From a virus: a stretch of 64,000 bases of DNA. The stretch spans positions 32,001 through 96,000 of IMG/VR virus record IMGVR_UViG_3300028920_000002; one strand, 5' to 3'. Below are positions 27,340 through 35,546 of the stretch, one piece after another. The position numbers were made by a program, and so were the translations under genes. Position 1 is the first letter of the stretch; every line of letters begins with the position of its first letter. Below the pieces are notes generated by a model. The model worked only from the letters and a program-made list of their open reading frames with translations, was not told where the DNA came from and searched no databases.

Positions 27340-27726
27340 ATGTTGGACCTCGTCACCACCCAGGCGCTCCGCGATGAGCTCGTGAAGATTGCCAACGTCA
27401 AGGCGTTGGCGATTGGCAAGCGACTCGCGAAGCGGCCTCTCCCGCCCAGCGTCCGAGGGCTGAAGCCAAAGGCCGAGGCCCTCAAGAAGGTGGACTTCAG
27501 CATCGACCCGAAGCAGATGGCGTCCTGGGCGGGGAAGACCTCCACGGCGTCGGTCAAGTTGTCGGCCAAGCTGCCTCCCCAAGCGAAGGCCAGCTTGGAA
27601 GCCCTCGCCACACGGCTGGCCAAGAGCGAGAAGAAGGTACCTCAGAAGCTCGTCATGAAGAGCCTCGGCGGAGGCGGTGGCCTCATCAGTGGCAGGGGCA
27701 AGGCTGCCGTCATGGGCCTGAAGTAG
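27340..27726 (+). CDS. Basic small protein with DELxKIA leader, between sheath and tube
   Basis: ALRDELVKIA leader; Lys-rich remainder. Confidence 0.65.
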   Translation: MLDLVTTQALRDELVKIANVKALAIGKRLAKRPLPPSVRGLKPKAEALKKVDFSIDPKQMASWAGKTSTASVKLSAKLPPQAKASLEALATRLAKSEKKVPQKLVMKSLGGGGGLISGRGKAAVMGLK

Positions 27727-27749
27727 AATACTCGTAGAAGGAGAAGGAC

Positions 27750-28511
27750 ATGGCAGGAAACTACAGCGACTGGTCGCCCTACACCAACTACGTCCAGGCC
27801 GGCCTGGTCGACGGGGCGTACGTCAACGCAGGGCACACGCTGCTAGCCGCCGGCCCTCCGCGCATCGCCAACATCGGCGGGGCTGCGAGCTTCGCTCAGG
27901 CGGTGAGCGGTGATGGGCAGTCAGCCAATCAGATTGTGCTGCCCATTGGCATCATCCAGAACTTCGCCCTGAGCCACAACCGGCAGTTCAGCCGCATCTT
28001 CGAGATTGGCTCCGAGCGGAGCTACTTCATCTCGGGTCGTACGGTCGGGCAGCTGCAGCTCGGGCGCATCTACTACCACGGTGCGTCCCTGCTTCGCATT
28101 CTGTACGCGTACTACCAGGACCTCATCCCGCCGACCTTCGTGCCGGCGATGTGGCCCAACGCTGGTACGGCGTCGATGAGCAACCCCCACGACGTCATCA
28201 TCCCGCCGGGGTACGAGAACATCTACCTCAACCTGGCGAGCGACCTGTTCGCGCAGCCCATCGGCATCCTGATGTACATCCGGGACGTCAACCAGGACGC
28301 GTTGGGCTCCGGCTACTTCGAGGCGTGCTACGTCCCGAACCACAACTGGCGGACCGATTCGCAGGGTGTGCTCGTACAGGAGGACGTCGGCGTGCAGTTC
28401 GAGCGCATGGTGCCCGTCGCCATCAGCGCCCTGACCCTCATCACCTCAGCCAGCCAGAACGCCGGAGGCGCCAGCGCCAACGAGACCTTCCTCGGCATCC
28501 CCGGTTCCTGA
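27750..28511 (+). CDS. Tail tube protein
   Basis: RBS AAGGA; IGIIQNFALSHNRQFSRIFEIGSERSYF; follows the sheath. Confidence 0.75.
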   Translation: MAGNYSDWSPYTNYVQAGLVDGAYVNAGHTLLAAGPPRIANIGGAASFAQAVSGDGQSANQIVLPIGIIQNFALSHNRQFSRIFEIGSERSYFISGRTVGQLQLGRIYYHGASLLRILYAYYQDLIPPTFVPAMWPNAGTASMSNPHDVIIPPGYENIYLNLASDLFAQPIGILMYIRDVNQDALGSGYFEACYVPNHNWRTDSQGVLVQEDVGVQFERMVPVAISALTLITSASQNAGGASANETFLGIPGS

Positions 28512-28523
28512 TAGGAGGTCCTC

Positions 28524-28931
28524 GTGGCAGCAACACCCTTCACCTTCTCTGGCACGCTCGTACGACCGCCCGTTCCGGGTCAGGCGAACAACAACATCCC
28601 GGTTCCGCTCACGACCTTCAGCTCGAGCTTCAAGCCGAAGAGCGAAGATGAGTACGACCTCTCGGGCGCGGGTACGAAGGCCGTGGACATGGCCGGTATC
28701 TCGAGCGCTGGCGCCAAGTTCTTCTCCATCGAGGTCAGCACCACCACGCCCGACGACCTGCCTGCATCCGCTCCGGTGAACCTGCGCGTCAACGGTGGCA
28801 CCGACGACATCGAGCTCAGCCCCGGCGGCTTCATCATCTTCGGCAGTCCGAATCCCACGGCCAGCGGCATCACCAGTCTCGACCTGGTACACACGCAGGA
28901 CGCGAAGGTCATCGTCAGGGTGTACGGCTGA
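28524..28931 (+). CDS. Hypothetical virion protein
   Basis: GTG start, RBS AGGAGG, beta-rich, high GC3. Confidence 0.7.
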   Translation: MAATPFTFSGTLVRPPVPGQANNNIPVPLTTFSSSFKPKSEDEYDLSGAGTKAVDMAGISSAGAKFFSIEVSTTTPDDLPASAPVNLRVNGGTDDIELSPGGFIIFGSPNPTASGITSLDLVHTQDAKVIVRVYG

Positions 28932-28942
28932 CCGGAGGCTAC

Positions 28943-29317
28943 GTGCTATTGGCCTCCTTCATGAGCGGTCCGGGGGCGGAAGCCGCCGAACTTGCTGGGA
29001 GAAGTGGGCTCACCCTGCTCGAGTCCAGCCTGCTCGGGGCCATCGCGGTACTATCTTTGCTTGTCGCGATTTTTGCGGTCTGGAAACTCAACCGGGTGCA
29101 AAATGAGAGGGTAGAGGACCAGAAGCAGATGAGCGAGCGTATGGAGAAGTTGGCTGACAGGCTGGTCAGCACTTTCTCCGAGACGAACAGCGCTCTACAA
29201 AACCTGACGCAGGCCGAAGTGCAAGGTCAGGCGCTCATGCAGCAGCTCAAGTCTTCCATCGACGGGGTCATCATGGCCGCGGTCCGTCGTGGTTCCTCTC
29301 ATCCGCCCCGTCCATGA
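28943..29317 (+). CDS. Single-TM coiled-coil membrane protein (holin-like candidate)
   Basis: RBS GGAGG; TM LLGAIAVLSLLVAIFAVW followed by coiled coil. Confidence 0.55.
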   Translation: MLLASFMSGPGAEAAELAGRSGLTLLESSLLGAIAVLSLLVAIFAVWKLNRVQNERVEDQKQMSERMEKLADRLVSTFSETNSALQNLTQAEVQGQALMQQLKSSIDGVIMAAVRRGSSHPPRP

Positions 29318-29327
29318 GGGGGTTCTC

Positions 29328-29591
29328 ATGCTCATGTTTTTCAGACGACTGGTTGGTGTGGAGGACACACAGCGAGAGGAGCATGCGCGCTTCAAACGCA
29401 ACCTGAACGGCTTCGATAAGCGAGCCACTGAGCTCAACGACATCGAATCCCAGCTGGCCAAGGTGGTACACGCCATCGACGAGAAGAAGGATGCCGTACA
29501 AGCTAGTCGTTGCTCAGGAGCATCCGGCGAACATTCATTGAACCTGACCATAGACGGAGAGAGCTGTGTCACAGGAGAAGCAGCAGAATGA
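29328..29591 (+). CDS. Small coiled-coil protein
   Basis: Start reassigned to ATG 29328 with RBS GAGGGG. Confidence 0.6.
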   Translation: MLMFFRRLVGVEDTQREEHARFKRNLNGFDKRATELNDIESQLAKVVHAIDEKKDAVQASRCSGASGEHSLNLTIDGESCVTGEAAE

Positions 29592-30153
29592 GGGGACCGT
29601 CAGCCAAGAGGCGCAGGTCATCCGCCGCAAAGACCTGACGGACCTCGCCGACACGTTCAAGCAGGCGTTGTGCCCGGTCCAGAACCTTGTGGGGTTGGTG
29701 GGCGACCAGAACGTTTTGGTCAAAGAGACCAACAGACAGGTCAAGGACACCAGCCACAAGCAGAAGTGGCAGAGTGTGTGGCTCATCGCGCTGACCATTG
29801 GCTTCATAGCTGTGGCGGTAGCGCAGACACGTACTAGCAGTGCCCAAGATGTTACTGCCAAGAGCCAGAAGCAGCTTGTCGAGAGCGGCGCTCAGGTTCA
29901 GAAGGACTTGTCTGATGTCACTGTCGAGCTGCGCGGTCTAGTCGCACTTGCGAAGAAGACCGGGCAGCAGGTGGAGGACATCAAGGAGAACAAGGAAACC
30001 GAGCCCGAAGTTCAGCTGGTGGCTGAGACCGACCCGGTGAAGGCCCGCCGAGCACCGGTGAAGGTGCGTATTCTTCCTCCGAAGAAGAAGGGGGCTGCGC
30101 CTCCGCCGCAGTCGGCGGTAGAATTACCCATTCCCAGCAAGCACGTGAAGTGA
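29566..30153 (+). CDS. Single-TM coiled-coil protein (spanin-like candidate)
   Basis: TM SVWLIALTIGFIAVAVA, long coiled coil, Pro-rich C-terminus. Confidence 0.5.
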   Translation: MSQEKQQNEGTVSQEAQVIRRKDLTDLADTFKQALCPVQNLVGLVGDQNVLVKETNRQVKDTSHKQKWQSVWLIALTIGFIAVAVAQTRTSSAQDVTAKSQKQLVESGAQVQKDLSDVTVELRGLVALAKKTGQQVEDIKENKETEPEVQLVAETDPVKARRAPVKVRILPPKKKGAAPPPQSAVELPIPSKHVK

Positions 30154-30770
30154 TGGAAAGCCCCAGCCCCGAGCTGATGCACGCATACGGTACCGACGAA
30201 TTCTACGTCGACAACCTGGAGAAGCGTGCGGCTCTGCCGATACTCGCTCGAATGGCTGCGGGTGCCGGTTTCCTCGGCCTGGTGGCTCATCAGAGACGGC
30301 ACGAGGAGCGTCTGCGTACTCAGGCTGCCATCCTGAATGAGATGTTCCGCCAGGAGGAGGCGGAGCGCATGGCGGCCACCATCCAGTCGTTTCAGCATCC
30401 AGGAGACAGAATGATGGCTGGCATCTATCCGCTCGACCAGGGCATGGAGCGCTTGGCGTCGGTGGCCGCACACATCGGTCGAGGAATGGCACACCAAGAG
30501 CTAGAAAAAGAAGCCGGCATAGGTGGCGCGGCGCTGAGTGCCCTCGGCAAGGGGCTGAGCCGGGCCAAAGGAGCCGTAGGCAGCGCCACCAAGATTGGGT
30601 GGAAGGGCAAGCTTCTTGGACTGGGTGCCCTTGGCGGAGTTGGATACCTCGGGTACAAGGGCCTGCAGGCGGGCAAGGACTACATGATGCAGCCCACTTC
30701 CGGTGGCCGTTGGGGTACGGGGCAGCAGCTCAGGACGCGTGTCAATCAGTGGGGGCAGCCTACCTACTGA
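30150..30770 (+). CDS. KxA-motif membrane-helix protein
   Basis: NLEKRA and ELEKEA, each followed by a Gly/Ala-rich hydrophobic segment. Confidence 0.7.
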   Translation: MMESPSPELMHAYGTDEFYVDNLEKRAALPILARMAAGAGFLGLVAHQRRHEERLRTQAAILNEMFRQEEAERMAATIQSFQHPGDRMMAGIYPLDQGMERLASVAAHIGRGMAHQELEKEAGIGGAALSALGKGLSRAKGAVGSATKIGWKGKLLGLGALGGVGYLGYKGLQAGKDYMMQPTSGGRWGTGQQLRTRVNQWGQPTY

Positions 30771-31318
30771 CGCCACCAGTAGGTCGGTGGGGACTCGTCC
30801 GGCCCGTCCGTGATGGGCACCAGCGCACCCTCTCGGTACTCCAGTTCGATGGAGTCATCAGCGAGGGCGTCCTCGAGGCTGAGGACATGCTCCAGTGCGG
30901 CGGGCACCTGGGACTCCTCTGCCGCTTGTACCTGTGGCTTCGGTGTGCGTCTCGGCTCCGCGAAGTCAAGCACCGCGGCGTCGAGTTGACCCATCTCGCT
31001 TGGCCCGAGCTCGTCGAGCTTCTTCTGGCCCGCGATGAGCTGTTGTAACAAGTCCCCGAGTTCTGGGTTGAACTTCTCGGGTTCCTCCAGGTACTCCTGA
31101 TACAAAACTGCTGGGTCGCCGATAAGGGCCGTGAACAGCCCCTCTCTCCGCTTTGGCTCGGCGTTCGTCTCTGCGCTTTGGGTCAAGGCAAACGGCGTCG
31201 GGAATTTCGGAAGCGCTGGCCGACGCAATAGCCACAAGTTGTTCGGAACTGTAAAATCTGGGTAGCCCAGCCTTTGTAAGTTCCAGCTGAATCTGCGAGA
31301 ACTCTGCTTGGATTCCAT
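30764..31318 (-). CDS. Hypothetical acidic protein
   Basis: ATG with GGAG 7 nt upstream; strong codon bias in the 3' two-thirds. Confidence 0.62.
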   Translation of the reverse strand: MESKQSSRRFSWNLQRLGYPDFTVPNNLWLLRRPALPKFPTPFALTQSAETNAEPKRREGLFTALIGDPAVLYQEYLEEPEKFNPELGDLLQQLIAGQKKLDELGPSEMGQLDAAVLDFAEPRRTPKPQVQAAEESQVPAALEHVLSLEDALADDSIELEYREGALVPITDGPDESPPTYWWRQ

Positions 31319-31490
31319 TGCCGTGCTCCACTAGGAAGTCTTGCAGGATGGCGCTGACGAGCTTGGACAGATTGGCCATCGGTCGTCCGCTCGTCAGCAG
31401 CCTGTACTGCATCACCGCCACGTACATCCCCAGGACCTTCCAGCAGCCGCCGGTTATCCCGAAGGGCACCCTCGTGTAGACGCGCTTCAC
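30966..31490 (-). CDS. Ribbon-helix-helix-like protein overlapping the next gene
   Basis: GTGA coupling with upstream gene; VYTRVPF...ANLSKLVSAILQDFL RHH-like pattern; 3' third looks off-frame. Confidence 0.5.
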   Translation of the reverse strand: MKRVYTRVPFGITGGCWKVLGMYVAVMQYRLLTSGRPMANLSKLVSAILQDFLVEHGNGIQAEFSQIQLELTKAGLPRFYSSEQLVAIASASASEIPDAVCLDPKRRDERRAKAERGAVHGPYRRPSSFVSGVPGGTREVQPRTRGLVTTAHRGPEEARRARAKRDGSTRRRGA

Positions 31491-32092
31491 CCTGGAAGAG
31501 TATCTCGCTCTTCTACGTCGGGCAACTGGTTGCTCAGTAGTACGCAGTAGAAGCGGTAGTACTGACTGTTCTCACCCTCTAGCTCGTCGGGCAGCTTCAC
31601 CAGCCGCCCTCCCTGCGACAGGTATTCTAGGCAGGCGTCCTCAACCCGTGCCTCCGACGGCGCTTCTTCGTCAACCAGGTCTGGGCAGAGAGGTAGGTTG
31701 TTTACGTCGTAGCAAAGGGAGATGCCACGACGATGAGACTCTCGCACCACCTCCTTGCTCGCACCGGTGTCGTGTGTGCTGAGCGTCCAGTGTTCACGAG
31801 CGAGGTTCTTGACCACGGCTGGACCTTGGATGAGCTTGAACGGCGTCGCAGAATTGAGCCTCTCTGACGTCCACCGAGGGGCCCACTCTTCTGGTAGGAA
31901 TCCACCCTTCTTCATCCACCCGTTGAGGGCTGCGACGTGGTCGACCAGGTCGTTCACGTTGGCGATGAGCTCGTCTACTTCCTCGGGCTTGGCTTCCTCG
32001 GCCAGCTCAACCCAGGAGCCGTAGCTGTCGATGACGTCGCCGACTTCCTTGTTGAGCTCCATGAGCTCCTTCAAGCACTGGTCAGGGTCCAT
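31487..32092 (-). CDS. Hypothetical protein
   Basis: 201-aa ORF in a coupled minus-strand operon. Confidence 0.7.
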   Translation of the reverse strand: MDPDQCLKELMELNKEVGDVIDSYGSWVELAEEAKPEEVDELIANVNDLVDHVAALNGWMKKGGFLPEEWAPRWTSERLNSATPFKLIQGPAVVKNLAREHWTLSTHDTGASKEVVRESHRRGISLCYDVNNLPLCPDLVDEEAPSEARVEDACLEYLSQGGRLVKLPDELEGENSQYYRFYCVLLSNQLPDVEERDTLPG

Positions 32093-32489
32093 CTTCGTCC
32101 TTTTGGTCGGTGCGGGCCCTCATGTCTGCCTCCAGCTGCTCCAGCAACTCGTTGAAGGAGGCAGCTCTGGCCTCGACGGAGAACTCGTGCAGGCGATGCT
32201 CTCGGTTCGCCGCGAGCGCGTGCTCACACTCGTCGTTGTTGCACTCGTAGAAAATCATCATCCAGGTCTCGCCCTGCTGCGGCAGGTCGTCTTCCCAGTC
32301 GATGTCGGAGCCGGAGGTTCCGGCGTGCTTCGGTGACGGGCGAACGAGATGAGCTTCTCGGTGCTGGTCCTGATACTCCCAGACCTTGATGGCTCCAGGC
32401 TGCGTCAGGTCTGCCCCGCACTCGGGGCACTTCTCGGGCACCTCGACTTCGCGGGTGCGAACAATGATGTCGTCAACGGTCAGCTTCAT
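32082..32489 (-). CDS. Zn-ribbon protein
   Basis: CPECG ... CNNDEC; ATGA coupling. Confidence 0.7.
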   Translation of the reverse strand: MKLTVDDIIVRTREVEVPEKCPECGADLTQPGAIKVWEYQDQHREAHLVRPSPKHAGTSGSDIDWEDDLPQQGETWMMIFYECNNDECEHALAANREHRLHEFSVEARAASFNELLEQLEADMRARTDQKDEDGP

Positions 32490-33316
32490 TGCCGTGGCCT
32501 CTCAATCTTTTCGAGGCCCATGGCCTCGAGCAGGAAACTGGTGAGGTGCTCTTTGAACAGCTTGTAGTGGAGCACCGGTCTAGCATCTGGTGGGAAGCGC
32601 CCACCCTTGAGCTCCAAGGCATAAAGGATTGCTGTGCGCCGTCTGCTCTTGGGTTTGAGCCACTGCCAGTAGTTCTCAGACCAGCAGGCGGGCAGCAAAT
32701 TCTGATGACCTACGGGCGCCTCCCAACGCATCGCACGGTCGATGAGCCAGCCAGGCTGCTCCCCCGATAGCATCAGCTCTGCCACAAGAGGGCCGCGCAT
32801 CGTGTAGTTCGACCGCACCACCGGCTCAGGAATCTTGCCGTAGACGAGGTTGTGGATGTACTTGCTGACGTATGGCCCCATCCGGCTGTAGAATTCGGCT
32901 GCGTCGATGTGATTGGCCGGCTCTGGCTCACCCTCCCCTGCCAGAAGCCTACCGTCGTAGCTGAGCTTCATCTCCGTGCCCAGCGCACGTGTCTTGGTGG
33001 GTGTGCTCAGGAAGCCGTAGCCATCGTAGGAGTAGGCTTGAAACGGCGTCCACTCTGTGACTTGGCGCATAGTGGTGAGCGTGCGCCACGCTCCCAGAGT
33101 CAGCTTGATGAAGTCTGAGTAGAAGTAAGCAATTTTGGCGTCGCGGTAGGTTAGGGTGATGGCCTGGTCCTCGTCGGGGCCATCCAAGTAGGTCGCCCAG
33201 CCCAGCTTGCGGTGCCAGGTCTTCACCTTGACCGGGTATCGGTAGCCGAGTATCCGACGCTCTTCTATCTTCTTTTGGCCACTGGTCAGCTCTGTGTAGG
33301 CACGTTCGTAGTCCAT
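32486..33316 (-). CDS. Hypothetical protein (276 aa)
   Basis: Start reassigned to ATG 33316 (MDYERAY); the upstream extension is antisense to a plus-strand gene. Confidence 0.7.
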   Translation of the reverse strand: MDYERAYTELTSGQKKIEERRILGYRYPVKVKTWHRKLGWATYLDGPDEDQAITLTYRDAKIAYFYSDFIKLTLGAWRTLTTMRQVTEWTPFQAYSYDGYGFLSTPTKTRALGTEMKLSYDGRLLAGEGEPEPANHIDAAEFYSRMGPYVSKYIHNLVYGKIPEPVVRSNYTMRGPLVAELMLSGEQPGWLIDRAMRWEAPVGHQNLLPACWSENYWQWLKPKSRRRTAILYALELKGGRFPPDARPVLHYKLFKEHLTSFLLEAMGLEKIERPRQ

Positions 33317-33395
33317 GGTTCCGCTTCTCTTATGCCGGTTTCTGCGGGAGAATGACCCCAACACCTCGCCACAGGCGAAACTAAGGAGCATCGAA

Positions 33396-34409
33396 ATGAC
33401 ACTCGGTTCTGGACTCATGACTGCACAGCGTCCAAAGCAGAGCCGCTTCGTTACCGGCAAGCGTGGTCTGGCCGGCGAGGTGGGCGACCTGCGCGACGAT
33501 ATTGAAGAGGAACTCAGCCCCATGGCGGCCATCGCCGTGCAAGAGTACGTCGACCCTCTGGCTACGGCAGCCAACAACCTGATGGCAGCTACGACCTCTC
33601 AGGCGGCTGAGGATGAGCTGCTGCCGGATGCCACACCGGCGACTGGTGTGCTCACGCAAGCCACCATCGACAACCTGAGCACCGGTGGGCCCCGACAGAT
33701 TCTCTTCACTGTGGCAGGTGGCACACCCGCTCATCGCGCTCCGACCGCTACCATCTACGGTACTGCTGTTGGCGGCGCGAAGACGAGCGAAACGGTGAGT
33801 CTGCCGAGTGTTGCTGGCACGGCTCTCACCGGAACCTTCTTCGTCGACATCGACCGCATCGTTCTCGCTGCAGGCAGCGGCACCGGTGCTACTGTGGCCA
33901 TCGGTCTGGGCGCTCTGCTTGGACTCAGTGCCTCAGTGGTGTCACGTGCTGGGCGCGTTGCGGTCATCCAAGAGGTGGCAGCTGGCTCAGTTGTGACCAA
34001 CGGTACTGTACTCGAGGGTGCGGATGCTGCGGCTACCGTCACTGGCTCACAGGACCTCTCCTCGGGCGGCACGCTCGGTACCGAGACGCTCATCGTCGAG
34101 GTCGATGGAGCTGCTGCTCAGACGGTGACCTTCGCCACTCCGGCGAACACCGCAGCCGTCGTGGCGGCAGTCGAGCTAGTCATCCCCGGCATTGCCAGTG
34201 ATGATGGCTCTGACCACCTGGTGCTCACCAGCCCGACCACTGGCCCCACCTCGAGTCTTGCAATCTCGGGTACCTCGCTCACCAAGCTCGGTATCACCGC
34301 TGGGTACTACCAAGGAACCAGCGGCGGCAAGGGCACCTACGCCCCCAACAGCGCGCCCAACGGCTCCAACGACTACGCGCTGTACTACGAGTACGACCCC
34401 ACCGCGTAG
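33396..34409 (+). CDS. Virion structural protein carrying the sheath-type surface module
   Basis: Start reassigned to ATG 33396 with RBS AAGGAG; Thr/Ala/Gly beta-rich; TLIVEVDG...QTVTF...DHLVLTS...LG module. Confidence 0.68.
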   Translation: MTLGSGLMTAQRPKQSRFVTGKRGLAGEVGDLRDDIEEELSPMAAIAVQEYVDPLATAANNLMAATTSQAAEDELLPDATPATGVLTQATIDNLSTGGPRQILFTVAGGTPAHRAPTATIYGTAVGGAKTSETVSLPSVAGTALTGTFFVDIDRIVLAAGSGTGATVAIGLGALLGLSASVVSRAGRVAVIQEVAAGSVVTNGTVLEGADAAATVTGSQDLSSGGTLGTETLIVEVDGAAAQTVTFATPANTAAVVAAVELVIPGIASDDGSDHLVLTSPTTGPTSSLAISGTSLTKLGITAGYYQGTSGGKGTYAPNSAPNGSNDYALYYEYDPTA

Positions 34410-34457
34410 CTATTCTTCCGGCACGCGGCGGCCATCCGCCATCCCATCCTGGCGACC

Positions 34458-34493
34458 GAGGAGGGGAGCTTCTGGTATGTGGCTCCCCTCCTC
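34458..34493. terminator. Perfect 12-bp inverted repeat between convergent genes
   Basis: GAGGAGGGGAGC-12 nt-GCTCCCCTCCTC; no U-tract on either side. Confidence 0.5.
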
Positions 34494-34495
34494 AC

Positions 34496-35227
34496 CTATT
34501 CTGGTGCGCGGATGTGCGCCGGCACCGTGAACTCGAGCAGGATTGGGTTGAGCCAACCGACGACCTTGCGGCCCCCGCCCTTCTTCGCCCTGAGAGACTC
34601 GTCCCAGGCCCACACCTTGCCACTGCGCTGGTCGAAGAACTTCACTCCTTCACCGATGTGCTGTGACTTGATGCCACCTCGACCCCCATCGATGGTGGAC
34701 CACAACTCACCTCCGTCGATGCTGCAGTCGACGCCATCGAAGTAGAAGACGTGCTCGCTTCTGGGGGTGTTGTTGGACACATAGACGATGTCTCCTGTGC
34801 TGGGGCGCTTGCTCTTGTTCTTGCTGAGCAGGTACTCGACGAACGCCCCCTCCTTACGTCCTCGGAAGAACAAGTAGGATAGGTTCTTTCCCCGCTTCCA
34901 CTTCCTCTTCAGCCAGCCTGTACCGTTGGGGTCTGGTTCATCGAGGTCCCGGTTGAGGATTGGTCCTCGGTAACCCGCACGCTCGAGTAGGAACTGGGCA
35001 AACTCCCCACAGGTACTGAAAAGAGTGCCTGAGTCCCTCATGGGCTCAGCCCGACCCTGGCAGATTTCGATGAACTGCGGGTCGCCGACCTTGGCGTGCT
35101 TGTACATGTGGGCCACGGTCTGGATGTACTCCCGCTGGGTGTCCTCGTCGTACTCCCACAGTTTGATGCTGCGGCTGCCCAAGGTGAGGATGTCGACCCG
35201 CTTCGCGCCGGTGATTCCTGCAGTCAT
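34496..35227 (-). CDS. Papain-like (CHAP/NlpC-P60-type) Cys-His hydrolase, cell-wall amidase candidate
   Basis: STCGEF (Cys), PSTGDIVYV, EHV (His), WSTIDGG in the expected order. Confidence 0.62.
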   Translation of the reverse strand: MTAGITGAKRVDILTLGSRSIKLWEYDEDTQREYIQTVAHMYKHAKVGDPQFIEICQGRAEPMRDSGTLFSTCGEFAQFLLERAGYRGPILNRDLDEPDPNGTGWLKRKWKRGKNLSYLFFRGRKEGAFVEYLLSKNKSKRPSTGDIVYVSNNTPRSEHVFYFDGVDCSIDGGELWSTIDGGRGGIKSQHIGEGVKFFDQRSGKVWAWDESLRAKKGGGRKVVGWLNPILLEFTVPAHIRAPE

Positions 35228-35296
35228 GTTCGGCCTCCACCCTCAGTGTAACTATGGGCGTGTTCGGGTACAACAACTACGGGAGTTGGAGTAGCA

Positions 35297-35545
35297 GTGA
35301 GTGAAGAAGTCGTTCAGAAGTTCCGGTTTCTCACCCGCAACAAGCGGTGGAGCGGCTACGTTGAAGTAGCCGAGTGTGAGAAGAACGGCAGAAGCTACGT
35401 CATTTTGCGCTTGCACGTAGGCAATCGGTCAGTTCTACTTCCGAGACGCGGCCTCGAGGATGTAGTCCTAGCTCTGACTCGAGCCTTGGGAGTCGCGAAT
35501 GCCAGGTACGAACGTATCATCGAGAAGATGAACAGGAGAGAATGA
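35297..35545 (+). CDS. Hypothetical protein
   Basis: GTG start, RBS GGAG, 82 aa. Confidence 0.65.
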   Translation: MSEEVVQKFRFLTRNKRWSGYVEVAECEKNGRSYVILRLHVGNRSVLLPRRGLEDVVLALTRALGVANARYERIIEKMNRRE

Positions 35546-35546
35546 C

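Noticed and set aside
25525-27582. 685-aa minus-strand ORF, and similar long antisense ORFs at 120-1058, 8012-9397, 11951-13117, 13485-14492, 15691-16506, 44747-46090
   Set aside because: They lie in register opposite strongly GC3-biased real genes, which suppresses stops on the other strand; the translations have no recognisable motifs
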